64,000 nucleotides of DNA from an uncultured Clostridia bacterium (GTDB taxonomy: Bacteria; UBA6262; WVXT01), in the NCBI GenBank assembly GCA_964403285.1, contig CAYOFG010000002.1, forward strand, positions 21,104 through 85,103. The letters run 5' to 3'. The notes under the pieces were generated by a model that was not told the origin of the DNA, ran no database searches, and saw nothing but the letters and a program-made list of their open reading frames with translations. How positions within the stretch are numbered: position 1 is the stretch's first letter; every line of letters begins with the position of its first letter. Of this stretch, positions 45,556 through 54,790 are shown piece by piece. The position numbers were made by a program, and so were the translations under genes.

Positions 45556-46263
45556 AACCAGCTAAATTGCCTTCCTTAAATGTCGCACCTATACATATAA
45601 TCAATATTATGTTAACTTTGCCCTGAAAATATGTATTAAACTACATTATTAAGTTTAATCTAAAAAATCTTTAATTACAGCAATAAACAAACGAATATTT
45701 ATAATTTACTTAAAATATGCCTAAAATCTACATAAAAATCTTTTTTTTTCGAAATGATTTGTGTTAACGGGAGGATTTCTTTCTTCCTGGTAGGACTTCT
45801 CGAGAAGGTGGCAGTACTTTTTGGGAAGAATGAGGAGACGCTCCCTCTACCAAAAAACGGGATTACTCACCCAAGCCTCCGGCCTTCTCCAGGCAAGTAC
45901 TGCATGCTTGGAGGATCTCTTCCTTGTGCAGCTCGTACTCTTTCCTTATCCTCTGGATCATATCGGTTCTTCCAGAGGATATGGCAAAGCAACAGGAAAG
46001 GCAGGTACTTTTATTTAACAATGGGCACCTGATTGTCTTCTCTACATCTTTTTGGCAGATTGCACACTCTTCTGGCATAGCTTTCCCTCTTTTGGGGCTT
46101 TTTGCTTCTCGCCTCTGGAATCTTTGCTATTGTACCACAAAAACGGCCAAAATGCACGAAAAATACGATACTTATATCGCTAAAAGCATTTCCGGTTTTC
46201 CAGGAGCCACTCACTCGTTAGGGTTTCGCTTTTACCCCGGTAAATTGTAACTCCTAACGGGTT

Positions 46264-47901
46264 TTAGGCCCGTTTTACTTTCCGAACGACTATTACTCCC
46301 TCCCTGACCATAAAAATGGCTAAAATAAGCAAAATCGAGCCAATTATGGCTAACAGGTAGTTCTGATTTTTGATAAAGCCGCGGACCTGGTATATTAAAG
46401 CACCGGTAGTGGTAAGTAGAACAAAAATCCCCGGGTAAATTGTATATTTTGTGGGTTTCTTCATCGCCCAAAGGTAAATGGTAACTACCAACAGAGCCAA
46501 TGCCGCTACCAGTTGATTCGAAGCCCCAAAAATTGGCCAGATTGCCTTCCAGTTGCCAAATGCTAAGTATCCTGCGAAGAAAATGACAACTGCTGTAGAA
46601 AAATAGCGGTTCTGGAATATTTTCCATTTCAAACCTTCACCGAGCAACTCCTCTGTTATATACCGGTTAACCCTTGCAGCAGTATCTAAAGTGGTCATTA
46701 CAAAACTATTGAGCATAACCATAGCAACTAATGAGCCGAAAGTTGCGCCCAGAAGAGGTGCCGCTATCTGACCAAAACCTATGGCAAAAGTCACAATCCA
46801 GTTTCCGCCCTTAATTAATTCTGGATAGACCAATCCTTCCCGTCCGGCTCCTCCCGTCCAGTAAAGACCAGCGGCTACAGCAAGAAGAGCCAGGCTGGCC
46901 AGAACACCTTCCAGAATCATTCCTCCATAGGCGACTTTCTTGGCATCTGTCTCATTTGCCAATTGCTTGGATGTTGTTCCACTGGCAATCAGTGAATGGA
47001 ATCCTGAAATTGCTCCACAGGCGATGATTACAAATAGCATTGGCCAGAGGTTACCTTCACTGCCTGACCACTTAATGAACGCAGGAGTGTGCATACTGGG
47101 ATGGGAAAAGAACAGTCCTAGATAGCCAAGGATTAGTCCGAAAAATAGAATAAAGGAGGATAGATAGTCTCTCGGTTGGAGTAGAATATTTACAGGAGTA
47201 ATAGAAGCCACATACGAGTAGACCAATAATACAGCTATCCAAATTTCTGTGCTACCTTTTAACGCGAGAGATATAGGATAATAGTAGCCCAGAACCAGAA
47301 GGCCTCCCAGTAAAGCCAGACCTATAACCGTGGCAACTACCCGGTTTATCTTCCATTTGTAAATCATCAGTCCAGCAAGAATGGCAACCAAAATAAGGCC
47401 AAAGGTAGGTATTACTATCCTCGGCTCGTTAACCAGAGTTGCGCTGGTAACAGCGGCAAATACTGCCACCACCAGAACGAGGCTTAGCCACAGGAAAGTA
47501 GCGAATAGCATTTTTGCCCGATGACCCATTGTAGACTCGGCAAGATCGCTAATTGACTTGCCCCTATTCCTTATAGAGCCCATCAAACAGAAAAAGTCGT
47601 GAACCCCGCCCATAAATATGGAACCTATTAGTATCCATAGGAGAGCGGGAAACCATCCCCAAATGGCTATTGCAATCACCGGTCCGATAATTGGTCCCGC
47701 CCCGGCAATACTGGCAAAATGGTGTCCAAAGAGAATTGTCCAGTGCTTTGCCGGTACATAATCTATTCCATCTGTCCTTTCCACTGCTGGGGTCTTTCTC
47801 CCGGGATCAATATCCCAAAGTTTCTCCATAATTTTTCCGTAAAATTTATATCCGCACCACAAAAGAATAACCGCAAATATAGCTACCATTAAAGAGTTCA
47901 T
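46264..47901 (-). CDS. cstA: carbon starvation protein A family transporter
   Basis: N-terminal …KHWTILFGHHFASIAGAGPIIGPVIAIAIWGWFPALLWILIGSIFMGGVHDF… is the CstA signature. About 16 TM helices. Confidence 0.85.
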   Translation of the reverse strand: MNSLMVAIFAVILLWCGYKFYGKIMEKLWDIDPGRKTPAVERTDGIDYVPAKHWTILFGHHFASIAGAGPIIGPVIAIAIWGWFPALLWILIGSIFMGGVHDFFCLMGSIRNRGKSISDLAESTMGHRAKMLFATFLWLSLVLVVAVFAAVTSATLVNEPRIVIPTFGLILVAILAGLMIYKWKINRVVATVIGLALLGGLLVLGYYYPISLALKGSTEIWIAVLLVYSYVASITPVNILLQPRDYLSSFILFFGLILGYLGLFFSHPSMHTPAFIKWSGSEGNLWPMLFVIIACGAISGFHSLIASGTTSKQLANETDAKKVAYGGMILEGVLASLALLAVAAGLYWTGGAGREGLVYPELIKGGNWIVTFAIGFGQIAAPLLGATFGSLVAMVMLNSFVMTTLDTAARVNRYITEELLGEGLKWKIFQNRYFSTAVVIFFAGYLAFGNWKAIWPIFGASNQLVAALALLVVTIYLWAMKKPTKYTIYPGIFVLLTTTGALIYQVRGFIKNQNYLLAIIGSILLILAIFMVREGVIVVRKVKRA

Positions 47902-47960
47902 TTATACACCTTCCACAATTTCTATATTTATAGTAAATTTCTGAACTCTTGTCAATTAAA

Positions 47961-48010
47961 CTACAAATTACAAATTACGGGCATAAAGCCCTACACTACA
48001 AATACGAATC
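47961..48010. repeat. right copy of inverted repeat (partner 42705-42814)
   Basis: Reverse complement reads gattcgtatttgtagtgtagggctttatgcccgtaatttgtaatttgtag. Confidence 0.6.
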
Positions 48011-50875
48011 TTAGAACGTTGGTCCCAGAGAAAAATAGAATTTTCCTGTGAATTTATCCGTCCGCCAGCCATAATCTAACCTGAGTGTAAAGGGAAACAT
48101 TTGCATGAGGAAAGTGTTTATTCTCAACCCTATTCCAATTGTGTTTTTTATATCTGAAATTCCCTTTATCTCCTCAGGTTCGTTCCAGGCTGCTCCGGAA
48201 TCGGTAAAAAGAGCAAGTTGCAGGTTCTTTAGATATATCTCCGGCCAGAGAAGTCTGAATCTCCAATTTATTTCCGGAAAGAGCATAAACCTCCACTCAG
48301 CGTTAACCAGGGCTAACCTGCTGCCAGAGAAAGCACCCTTAGAAAGGCCGCGTAACTTACTCTCTCCCCCGAGGGAGGACTCTTCTCTATCTTTTCCCTG
48401 GCTCAACATTCCCAGAAATCTAAATGCTAAAATATTGCGTTCAGATAATTTGAAATATTTCCTGGCATCGAGTATATACTTTGTATAATCGAAATCTCCA
48501 TCAAGCGCTTTAAAGGCTTGATAGACCGAGAAATTGGCCCGGCTACCGCTCATTATGTCCAGAATCTTCCCCTCCGTTGTATCCCTCACCAGAGAAAGAG
48601 CAACGCCGTTCTCCCTGGTTCTGATATTATCTCCATTCCACTCTCGCTTAGATTCAGTAATTAGTCCCAGGTCTACCCGCCGGAAACGGTCAAAAGGATA
48701 ACTGACCACCATCTCTTCGGCAAATTCACTGGTGCGGACTGTATTATTATCGCTCTCAGATTCGCGTCTCATCTTTCCATAAGCAAAAAAACCTAAACTG
48801 GGTCGCCACCTTTGATAAATATAGCCTACTCCATAGTTTAACCAATCGTATTCGGAAGCGTACTCCACTACAAGAGTCATCATGTGGTTTCCCAGGAGAT
48901 CGCTTGCCTGCCAGTATCCAGCCGTATACAGACCTTCTGTTGTGGAGTAAAAAAGCAAAGGAAAGATGAGATCCGTAGAGGCTTTAAATCTATAGGGATG
49001 AATCCTGGTCACGGGAGAAGGATAGGGGCTTATGATTGGCTCCGTGGGCTCTTGAGGCAATTGGGCTATCGCTATTCCTTCTTTCCCTCCCTTCAATTTT
49101 TTTACAAACACCTCTTCTTGAGGTAATTCTCCACAGTAAATGTTCATCTCTCCATTCCGATAAGAAACGAAAAGTAGATGTCTTCCGTCGGGAGATATTT
49201 CCGGAGTAAAGACTCCTACTTTGACATTGGTCAATTGGAAAATGTCTAATTCCAGATTCTCATCCTGAATTTCTCTTTCGAGGCCCCTCACGTCCATGCG
49301 GTAAATGTTATAAATCCCTGCATAATCGCCAATGTAGATAATACTATCACCATCGGGTGCCCAGGAAGGGTCCATCTCATCACTGGGAGTAGAAGTTAAT
49401 TGAGTAATGGCCAGAGTTTCCACATCCAAAAGAAAGAGATCTTTCTGTTTCTCTCTTTCCGAGACATAGACAATCTTCTTATCGTCAGGGGAAAAAACAG
49501 GATAATCGTCATCGCACTCGTCGCTGGTTAATCTCTCCAGGTTCTTGCCATTGGCATCCACTAAGTAGAGGTCGTTTATACCTCCTTCCATTCCCACAAA
49601 AACAATCTTATCCCCTTGGTGGGAAAAACAAGGAGATTTTAGAACTTTCAGAGGCAGACGAAGTTTCTTCAGTTTATTTTTTTTGAGATTAATTATGTAA
49701 AGATAATCCTTCTCTTTTTTCTCTCCTGCAAAAACAATCTTTTCTCCATCCGGAGACCAGGAGAGAGCGTGTCCTTCAGAGTGGATAACATCCAGACTTC
49801 TCCCGATGCGCGATTTTAGAATCGATTCCTGACTTGTTCCATCAACATTCATCACAAACAGGTCGCCATATCCATTGCGGGTAGAAATAAAAGTTATTCT
49901 CTTTCCGTCGGGTGAGAAGACTGGATTAGTATTAAACTCGGCATTTTCTGTAAGTTTCTTTCCATAAGTTTCGGCTTCTTCCTTTCCTTCTGCTTCTACT
50001 GTATATTTTTCTTTCATATATTTCTGCCATTTTGTGTCAAAGCTACCTAAGTCAGTATCTATTGTGCGCATAAAAACCCCGTTTATGTCCAGACTCTCCC
50101 GCAGATTCTTAATCAATTTAGGAACTTTATCTTCTCCATACTCTTCTGCCAAAAAACTGATTGCACTGTGCCCCTCCTGGTAAGCTAAGGAGATCTGGTG
50201 CATTTTCAAATGATTGAAACTGTGTAACTTACCCAGGGGAATTATCATATCGGAAATAACAACATCTCTCAAGAGCATATGGTCATAAGTTTCCCATTCT
50301 TCTCTACCCTCATACTCTGCCAATCCTTCAATTATCCACAAGGGATAGAAGACAAATCTCATCAGACTGGCCGATTTCCAGAATCCACCATACCAGATAT
50401 TGAACATTGCAATATGGGTGAACTCATGAGTAATCACATGCTCCAGCTCCTTATCCGAACCTGTCACGGGAATTACAAACCTGTTCTTATAGGGCTCAGA
50501 GAATCCACCGACGCCCTCACCAGTATCAGCAATGTTATTCTGCTCAAAGTGGTTATGTGTCATGTATAAGAAGAAAGGTGTTTTCTTTGCTATACTGATA
50601 TTTAAGTCATCGGTAACTTTTTCGTAAGCTTTTTCCAGCATCTTGCTTATTTTAGGGACTACATGTCTCGCTTCAGGATAATGGTGAATTTGGAAATGTT
50701 CGGTTTCTGCAATATGCCAGGTCTGTTGATCAACGATTACCTTGTTCTTACCGAAGGAGACGTCTGAATAGGATAGAGGATTTCTCAAAAAAAGCAGGCA
50801 GAACGAAAGGCAAGCAAAGAGAAGAAATTTTTTTTTCAGGTTATTCTTCATTTTCTGAATTGTCCAATTTTTCAC
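48011..50875 (-). CDS. multidomain outer-membrane protein: peptidase_MA-like zinc metalloprotease domain + TolB-like PD40 beta-propeller repeats + C-terminal Omp85 (bacterial surface antigen) beta-barrel
   Basis: Signal peptide. HEFTHIAM (HExxH) … EGLAEYEG (Peptidase_MA_2-type third ligand). Multiple PD40-like repeats (PVFSPDGKRITFISTRNGYGDLFVMN, YPVFSPDDKKIVYVS, DPSWAPDGDSIIYIG, TPEISPDGRHLLFVSYRNGEMNIY). C-terminal …GGESKLRGL…LALFTDSGAAWNE…RLDYGW…FSLGPTF ending in Phe. Confidence 0.7.
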   Translation of the reverse strand: MKNWTIQKMKNNLKKKFLLFACLSFCLLFLRNPLSYSDVSFGKNKVIVDQQTWHIAETEHFQIHHYPEARHVVPKISKMLEKAYEKVTDDLNISIAKKTPFFLYMTHNHFEQNNIADTGEGVGGFSEPYKNRFVIPVTGSDKELEHVITHEFTHIAMFNIWYGGFWKSASLMRFVFYPLWIIEGLAEYEGREEWETYDHMLLRDVVISDMIIPLGKLHSFNHLKMHQISLAYQEGHSAISFLAEEYGEDKVPKLIKNLRESLDINGVFMRTIDTDLGSFDTKWQKYMKEKYTVEAEGKEEAETYGKKLTENAEFNTNPVFSPDGKRITFISTRNGYGDLFVMNVDGTSQESILKSRIGRSLDVIHSEGHALSWSPDGEKIVFAGEKKEKDYLYIINLKKNKLKKLRLPLKVLKSPCFSHQGDKIVFVGMEGGINDLYLVDANGKNLERLTSDECDDDYPVFSPDDKKIVYVSEREKQKDLFLLDVETLAITQLTSTPSDEMDPSWAPDGDSIIYIGDYAGIYNIYRMDVRGLEREIQDENLELDIFQLTNVKVGVFTPEISPDGRHLLFVSYRNGEMNIYCGELPQEEVFVKKLKGGKEGIAIAQLPQEPTEPIISPYPSPVTRIHPYRFKASTDLIFPLLFYSTTEGLYTAGYWQASDLLGNHMMTLVVEYASEYDWLNYGVGYIYQRWRPSLGFFAYGKMRRESESDNNTVRTSEFAEEMVVSYPFDRFRRVDLGLITESKREWNGDNIRTRENGVALSLVRDTTEGKILDIMSGSRANFSVYQAFKALDGDFDYTKYILDARKYFKLSERNILAFRFLGMLSQGKDREESSLGGESKLRGLSKGAFSGSRLALVNAEWRFMLFPEINWRFRLLWPEIYLKNLQLALFTDSGAAWNEPEEIKGISDIKNTIGIGLRINTFLMQMFPFTLRLDYGWRTDKFTGKFYFSLGPTF

Positions 50876-52571
50876 TGATTATTTCCCCCAGAGTCGTTTC
50901 CGGAATTTCCTGTTCAATATACTTTTCCATCTCCGCTCTTTCCTGGGCCTTGATATATTCTTTAATGGACAAATCGATTATCATCTGCTGGGGATCGACT
51001 CTAATAATTCTTGCCCAAACTCTATCTCCTACCTTTAAAACCTCTTTTATATCTTCAATTTTTGCCTTAGCCGCCTGGGAAATATGAATTAGTCCTTTGA
51101 TACCCGGTTCCAATTCTACAAAAGCACCAAAATTGGTCAGATGCACGACTTTACCTTGAATATTACTTCCCACAAAATACTTCTCATACGGATTCTTCGA
51201 TTTCTGTTTTAATCCCAGAGATATTTTTTCAGCCTGAACATTTATTTCCAGAACCACTGCTTCCACTTGATCGCCCACCTTAAGCACCTGCCCAGGGTGT
51301 CTCAGTCTTTTTGTCCAGGAAATATCTGAAACATGGATCAACCCTTCGATTCCCTCTTCTAATTTGACAAAAGCGCCGAAAGGCGCCAGATGCGTAATAG
51401 TTCCAGTGAGTCTTGTCCCTGGTGGATACTTCTCTTTTGCCTGAGCCCAGGGATTGGGTTGTATCTGTTTCAATCCAATAGATAATTTCCTCTTTTCTTC
51501 ATTTATACTGAGCACTCTAACTTTTACCACGTCCCCCACTTTCAATACTTCCCGCGGATGCCTTATTCTCTCCGTCCAGGACATCTCCGAGACATGAATC
51601 AAGCCTTCTATTCCCGGTTCCAGTTCAACAAAGGCACCGTAAGGAAGAATTCCAGTTACCTTACCTGTGGGAGTTGAATCAACAGGATATTTCTCTCGAA
51701 TATTTTCCCAGGGATGAGGCTCTAACTGTTTCAATCCCAATGAAATCTGCTCTTTCTCCCGGTTGAAAGCGAGCACTTTGGCGTCCAACTGTTCGCCAAC
51801 CTTCAAAGCATCTTCTACCCTCTCCAGACGACCCCAAGTTATGTCGCCTATGTGCAGGAGTCCATCGATTCCACCCAGATCAATGAAAGCGCCAAACTTG
51901 GTGATATTCTTTACAGTACCCTTCAATACGTCTCCCACAGCTATTCTATTTAACAACTCTTCCCTCTTTTTCTTTACCTCATCCTCAATTACTAATCTCC
52001 AGGAGACGACGATATTCCTCTTTGGTTTGAATTCGATTACTCTTAAAGGAACCACCTGGCCAATAACGCTATCCAGGTCTTTTACCGGAGGATAGCCAAC
52101 TTGCGAGGCAGGCATAAAAGCTTCAGCAAGACCCTTTCCTTCTTCCAGAATAGAATCAGGGCCTCCCAGATCCACCATCATACCTCCCCTAATTTTCTTG
52201 ACTATTTTGCCCAATATTTCCCTCTGTGTGGTGTAGGCATCGCGAATTCTATCCCAGGTCTTTGCCATTTCCGCCTTATTCAAAGAGATGACAGGTCGCC
52301 CGAAGCCATCTTCTCTTTTTTCCAGAAAGACTTCAATTTTATCGCCAACTTTTACCTTTAATTTCCCGGAAGGAGTGGCTACGTCTTCTCTTTTAATGAT
52401 TCCCTCAGTCTTCAAGCCCACATCGACTAATAAAGATTCGCCTTTTACCTGGACAACCTTCCCGGTAACGATTTTCCCCTCCCTGATTTTGTCAAGGTCG
52501 TCCAATAACTTTTCCATCTTAGAGTCGGGCTTAGAATTATGGTAATTTTTCTCTTTTGGCGTATCCATCAT
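50841..52571 (-). CDS. rpsA: 30S ribosomal protein S1
   Basis: Six S1-domain repeats with recurring GxVxG…G.FV.L…GL.H.S motifs. N-terminal start ambiguous (52571 or 52517). Confidence 0.85.
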   Translation of the reverse strand: MMDTPKEKNYHNSKPDSKMEKLLDDLDKIREGKIVTGKVVQVKGESLLVDVGLKTEGIIKREDVATPSGKLKVKVGDKIEVFLEKREDGFGRPVISLNKAEMAKTWDRIRDAYTTQREILGKIVKKIRGGMMVDLGGPDSILEEGKGLAEAFMPASQVGYPPVKDLDSVIGQVVPLRVIEFKPKRNIVVSWRLVIEDEVKKKREELLNRIAVGDVLKGTVKNITKFGAFIDLGGIDGLLHIGDITWGRLERVEDALKVGEQLDAKVLAFNREKEQISLGLKQLEPHPWENIREKYPVDSTPTGKVTGILPYGAFVELEPGIEGLIHVSEMSWTERIRHPREVLKVGDVVKVRVLSINEEKRKLSIGLKQIQPNPWAQAKEKYPPGTRLTGTITHLAPFGAFVKLEEGIEGLIHVSDISWTKRLRHPGQVLKVGDQVEAVVLEINVQAEKISLGLKQKSKNPYEKYFVGSNIQGKVVHLTNFGAFVELEPGIKGLIHISQAAKAKIEDIKEVLKVGDRVWARIIRVDPQQMIIDLSIKEYIKAQERAEMEKYIEQEIPETTLGEIISEKLDNSENEE

Positions 52572-52591
52572 CTACTTCTCGTTGCCCCTTT

Positions 52592-53437
52592 TTACTTCCT
52601 TAATTTTTTCACTACACTCTTAATTATCCAATCGGGAGTAGAAGTGCCCGAAGTTACTCCTACTATTTCCCTTTTATTGAACCAACCGGCTCTCAATTCC
52701 TCGGGCGATTCTATATGGTAAGCAGGCGTAATCTTCTTGCAGATGTTGTAAAGTCTGGTAGTGTTGGCACTATTCTTACCGCCAATTACAATCACGAGAT
52801 CTGCCTTTTCCGCCAACCCCTTCGCCTCCCTCTGGCGCTGGGAAGTCTCTTTGCAAATAGTGTTATGTATTTTGGGTTTCTTAATCTTTGCCCTTAATCT
52901 TTTCACAATCTTCTCGAAGCTTTCCACCGCTTGCGTAGTCTGGCTGATGACTCCTACTTTATTGTTTGTTTTAATCTTTTCTACATCTCCTGGGGTCTCC
53001 ACTACAGAAGCTTCGCCATTGGCAAAAGACAGCAAGGAAATTACTTCAGGATGAGACTTTTGTCCAACGATTACTACGTGGTAACCTATATCATGTAATC
53101 TCTTTGCCAACAATTGGGCCCGTTTAACGAACGGACAGGTAGCATCTATTAATTTAAGTCCCATTTTTTTTATTTTCTTTAATGTATATTGAGGTAACCC
53201 ATGAGAAGGGACAATGAGAGTTCCCGTCTCAATCTGATTCAACCTTGAGATAATTTTTATTCCCCGCCTTTCCAGGCGTTCAACTTCCTGAGGATTATGA
53301 ATTAGTGGCCCTAAAGTATACACTGGGCTGGTGACGTTTCCCTTCCTATTATCTCTTGTGGGTATACTTTGCACCAGAGAGATAGCTCTCCTTACTCCCG
53401 AACAAAACCCCAACTTCTTAGCAAAAATAAGTCGCAT
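52592..53437 (-). CDS. ispH: 4-hydroxy-3-methylbut-2-enyl diphosphate reductase
   Basis: MRLIFAKKLGFCSGVRRAI… with conserved Cys residues (C12, ATCPFV, NTIC) of IspH/LytB. Confidence 0.85.
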   Translation of the reverse strand: MRLIFAKKLGFCSGVRRAISLVQSIPTRDNRKGNVTSPVYTLGPLIHNPQEVERLERRGIKIISRLNQIETGTLIVPSHGLPQYTLKKIKKMGLKLIDATCPFVKRAQLLAKRLHDIGYHVVIVGQKSHPEVISLLSFANGEASVVETPGDVEKIKTNNKVGVISQTTQAVESFEKIVKRLRAKIKKPKIHNTICKETSQRQREAKGLAEKADLVIVIGGKNSANTTRLYNICKKITPAYHIESPEELRAGWFNKREIVGVTSGTSTPDWIIKSVVKKLRK

Positions 53438-53468
53438 CTCTTAAATCCCAAATTACCAATTACCAATT

Positions 53469-54077
53469 TCAAATTTCATATTGGTATTGTCCTTCTCGGT
53501 CTAACTTCATTATTCCTTCCATTACTTTGTGGGCGAAATCGCGGTAACAAGATTTTTCAACTTCCCCTTCTTGGTTTATTTCGAAATATATCGGCGCCCC
53601 AAAACGAACAGTTACTCTGGGAAAAACTTTTATCCTGTGAGTATTCACCACCAAGGTAGGAACCACAGGGAGTTTGGTCTTGTGCGCTATCCAGGCAATC
53701 CCGGACTGAGGAGGTTTCAGGCGCCCTCCTTTTCCCCGACCACCTTCAGGAAAGACCACCAGGGTCTTCCCCTCATTCAAAACTTTAAGTGCCTTTCTGA
53801 AAGCAGCTATGTCTATTTTTCTTCTCTCTACAGGAAAAGTATGTATCATTTTGAGGAGCGTTCCGAAAATCGGGAATCTGAAGAGTTGTCTTTTTGCCAT
53901 AAAGTAGACTTTGTAACTATCAATTGCTGCAGCCACCAGGGGAGGATCCCAATAACTGGCATGATTGGGAGCAATAATAGCTCCTCCTTGCGGAATATTT
54001 ATCCTTCCTTCAATTCGAAAATGGAACAGGAGTTTAGCTGTCAACCAGGTTAGCCAATAACCCAAAACATACCACAC
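53469..54077 (-). CDS. plsC: 1-acyl-sn-glycerol-3-phosphate acyltransferase
   Basis: HxxxxD acyltransferase motif (NHASYWD), FPEGGR and PVVP motifs. GTG start. Confidence 0.75.
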   Translation of the reverse strand: MWYVLGYWLTWLTAKLLFHFRIEGRINIPQGGAIIAPNHASYWDPPLVAAAIDSYKVYFMAKRQLFRFPIFGTLLKMIHTFPVERRKIDIAAFRKALKVLNEGKTLVVFPEGGRGKGGRLKPPQSGIAWIAHKTKLPVVPTLVVNTHRIKVFPRVTVRFGAPIYFEINQEGEVEKSCYRDFAHKVMEGIMKLDREGQYQYEI

Positions 54078-54089
54078 GGCATACCTCTT

Positions 54090-54106
54090 AAAAAAGTGAC
54101 AGGTAC
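54090..54106 (-). promoter_or_regulatory. copy of AAAAAGTACCTGTCACTTTTTT element directly upstream of plsC RBS
   Basis: Minus-strand reading: …GTACCTGTCACTTTTTTaagaggtatgccGTG(plsC). Confidence 0.5.
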
Positions 54107-54111
54107 AATAT

Positions 54112-54774
54112 TTATTGAATTTTTTTCAGGATAAATTCTACTACTTCTTTCTTACTCATATCCGTAGAGTCTATGACTATAGCGTCGGAAGCTATCTTCA
54201 AGGGAGCTACTCCTCGCGTGCGGTCCCGCCTGTCTCGAGAACGAATTGCTTTTTCCAGTTCCGCCAGGTCCCCTTTCTCCCCTCTCGTTTTCAGTTCTTT
54301 ATATCTCCTCAAAGCCCTCTCTTTAATAGATGCATCCAGGTAGAATTTGTAATCTGCTTTGGGAAAGACTATAGTGCCTATATCCCTGCCTTCCATTACA
54401 ATTCCACCCGAAGAACCCAGTATCCTCTGAATTTTTACCAGCTCCTTCCTCACCTCAGGGATTGTAGCTAAGATGCTGGCACCTTCAGTTACTCTCTTGC
54501 TCCTTATTTTATTGGTGACATCTTTCCCATCCAAATGGATTCTTACCGTTCCAGCTCTATTCTTCAACTCTATTTTGGTATATTTTACCATGTTAATCAA
54601 TTCTTCTTTAGCTCTCAAATCTATCTTTTTTCTAAATGTTTTCCAGCTTATTGCTCTATACATAGCACCCGTATCAACATAATTATAACCCAACTTTCTA
54701 CTGACAATTTTGGCAATTGTTGTCTTTCCTGCCCCTGCTGGTCCATCGATAGTAATAACGGCTCTTCTCTTCAC
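54112..54774 (-). CDS. cmk: cytidylate kinase
   Basis: ITIDGPAGAGKTTIAK P-loop; …YVDTGAMYRA… typical Cmk. Confidence 0.85.
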   Translation of the reverse strand: MKRRAVITIDGPAGAGKTTIAKIVSRKLGYNYVDTGAMYRAISWKTFRKKIDLRAKEELINMVKYTKIELKNRAGTVRIHLDGKDVTNKIRSKRVTEGASILATIPEVRKELVKIQRILGSSGGIVMEGRDIGTIVFPKADYKFYLDASIKERALRRYKELKTRGEKGDLAELEKAIRSRDRRDRTRGVAPLKIASDAIVIDSTDMSKKEVVEFILKKIQ

Positions 54775-54790
54775 CAGATTCCCACCATGC

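Noticed and set aside
45754-46260. Cluster of overlapping 65-108-aa ORFs, including a Cys-rich 71-aa minus-strand ORF (45863-46078), downstream of cstA
   Set aside because: Multiple mutually overlapping frames, no clear RBS, and no motif I can support (I considered a YbdD/YjiX-like cstA-associated small protein, but the sequence does not match the family). Left unannotated.
42705-48010. Calling the inverted-repeat-bounded segment a transposon, integron or prophage
   Set aside because: No transposase, integrase, recombinase or phage gene could be recognised in any frame. Only the structural signature (IRs, duplicated HTH gene, AT-rich insert) is present, so it is reported as a finding without a mobile_element call.
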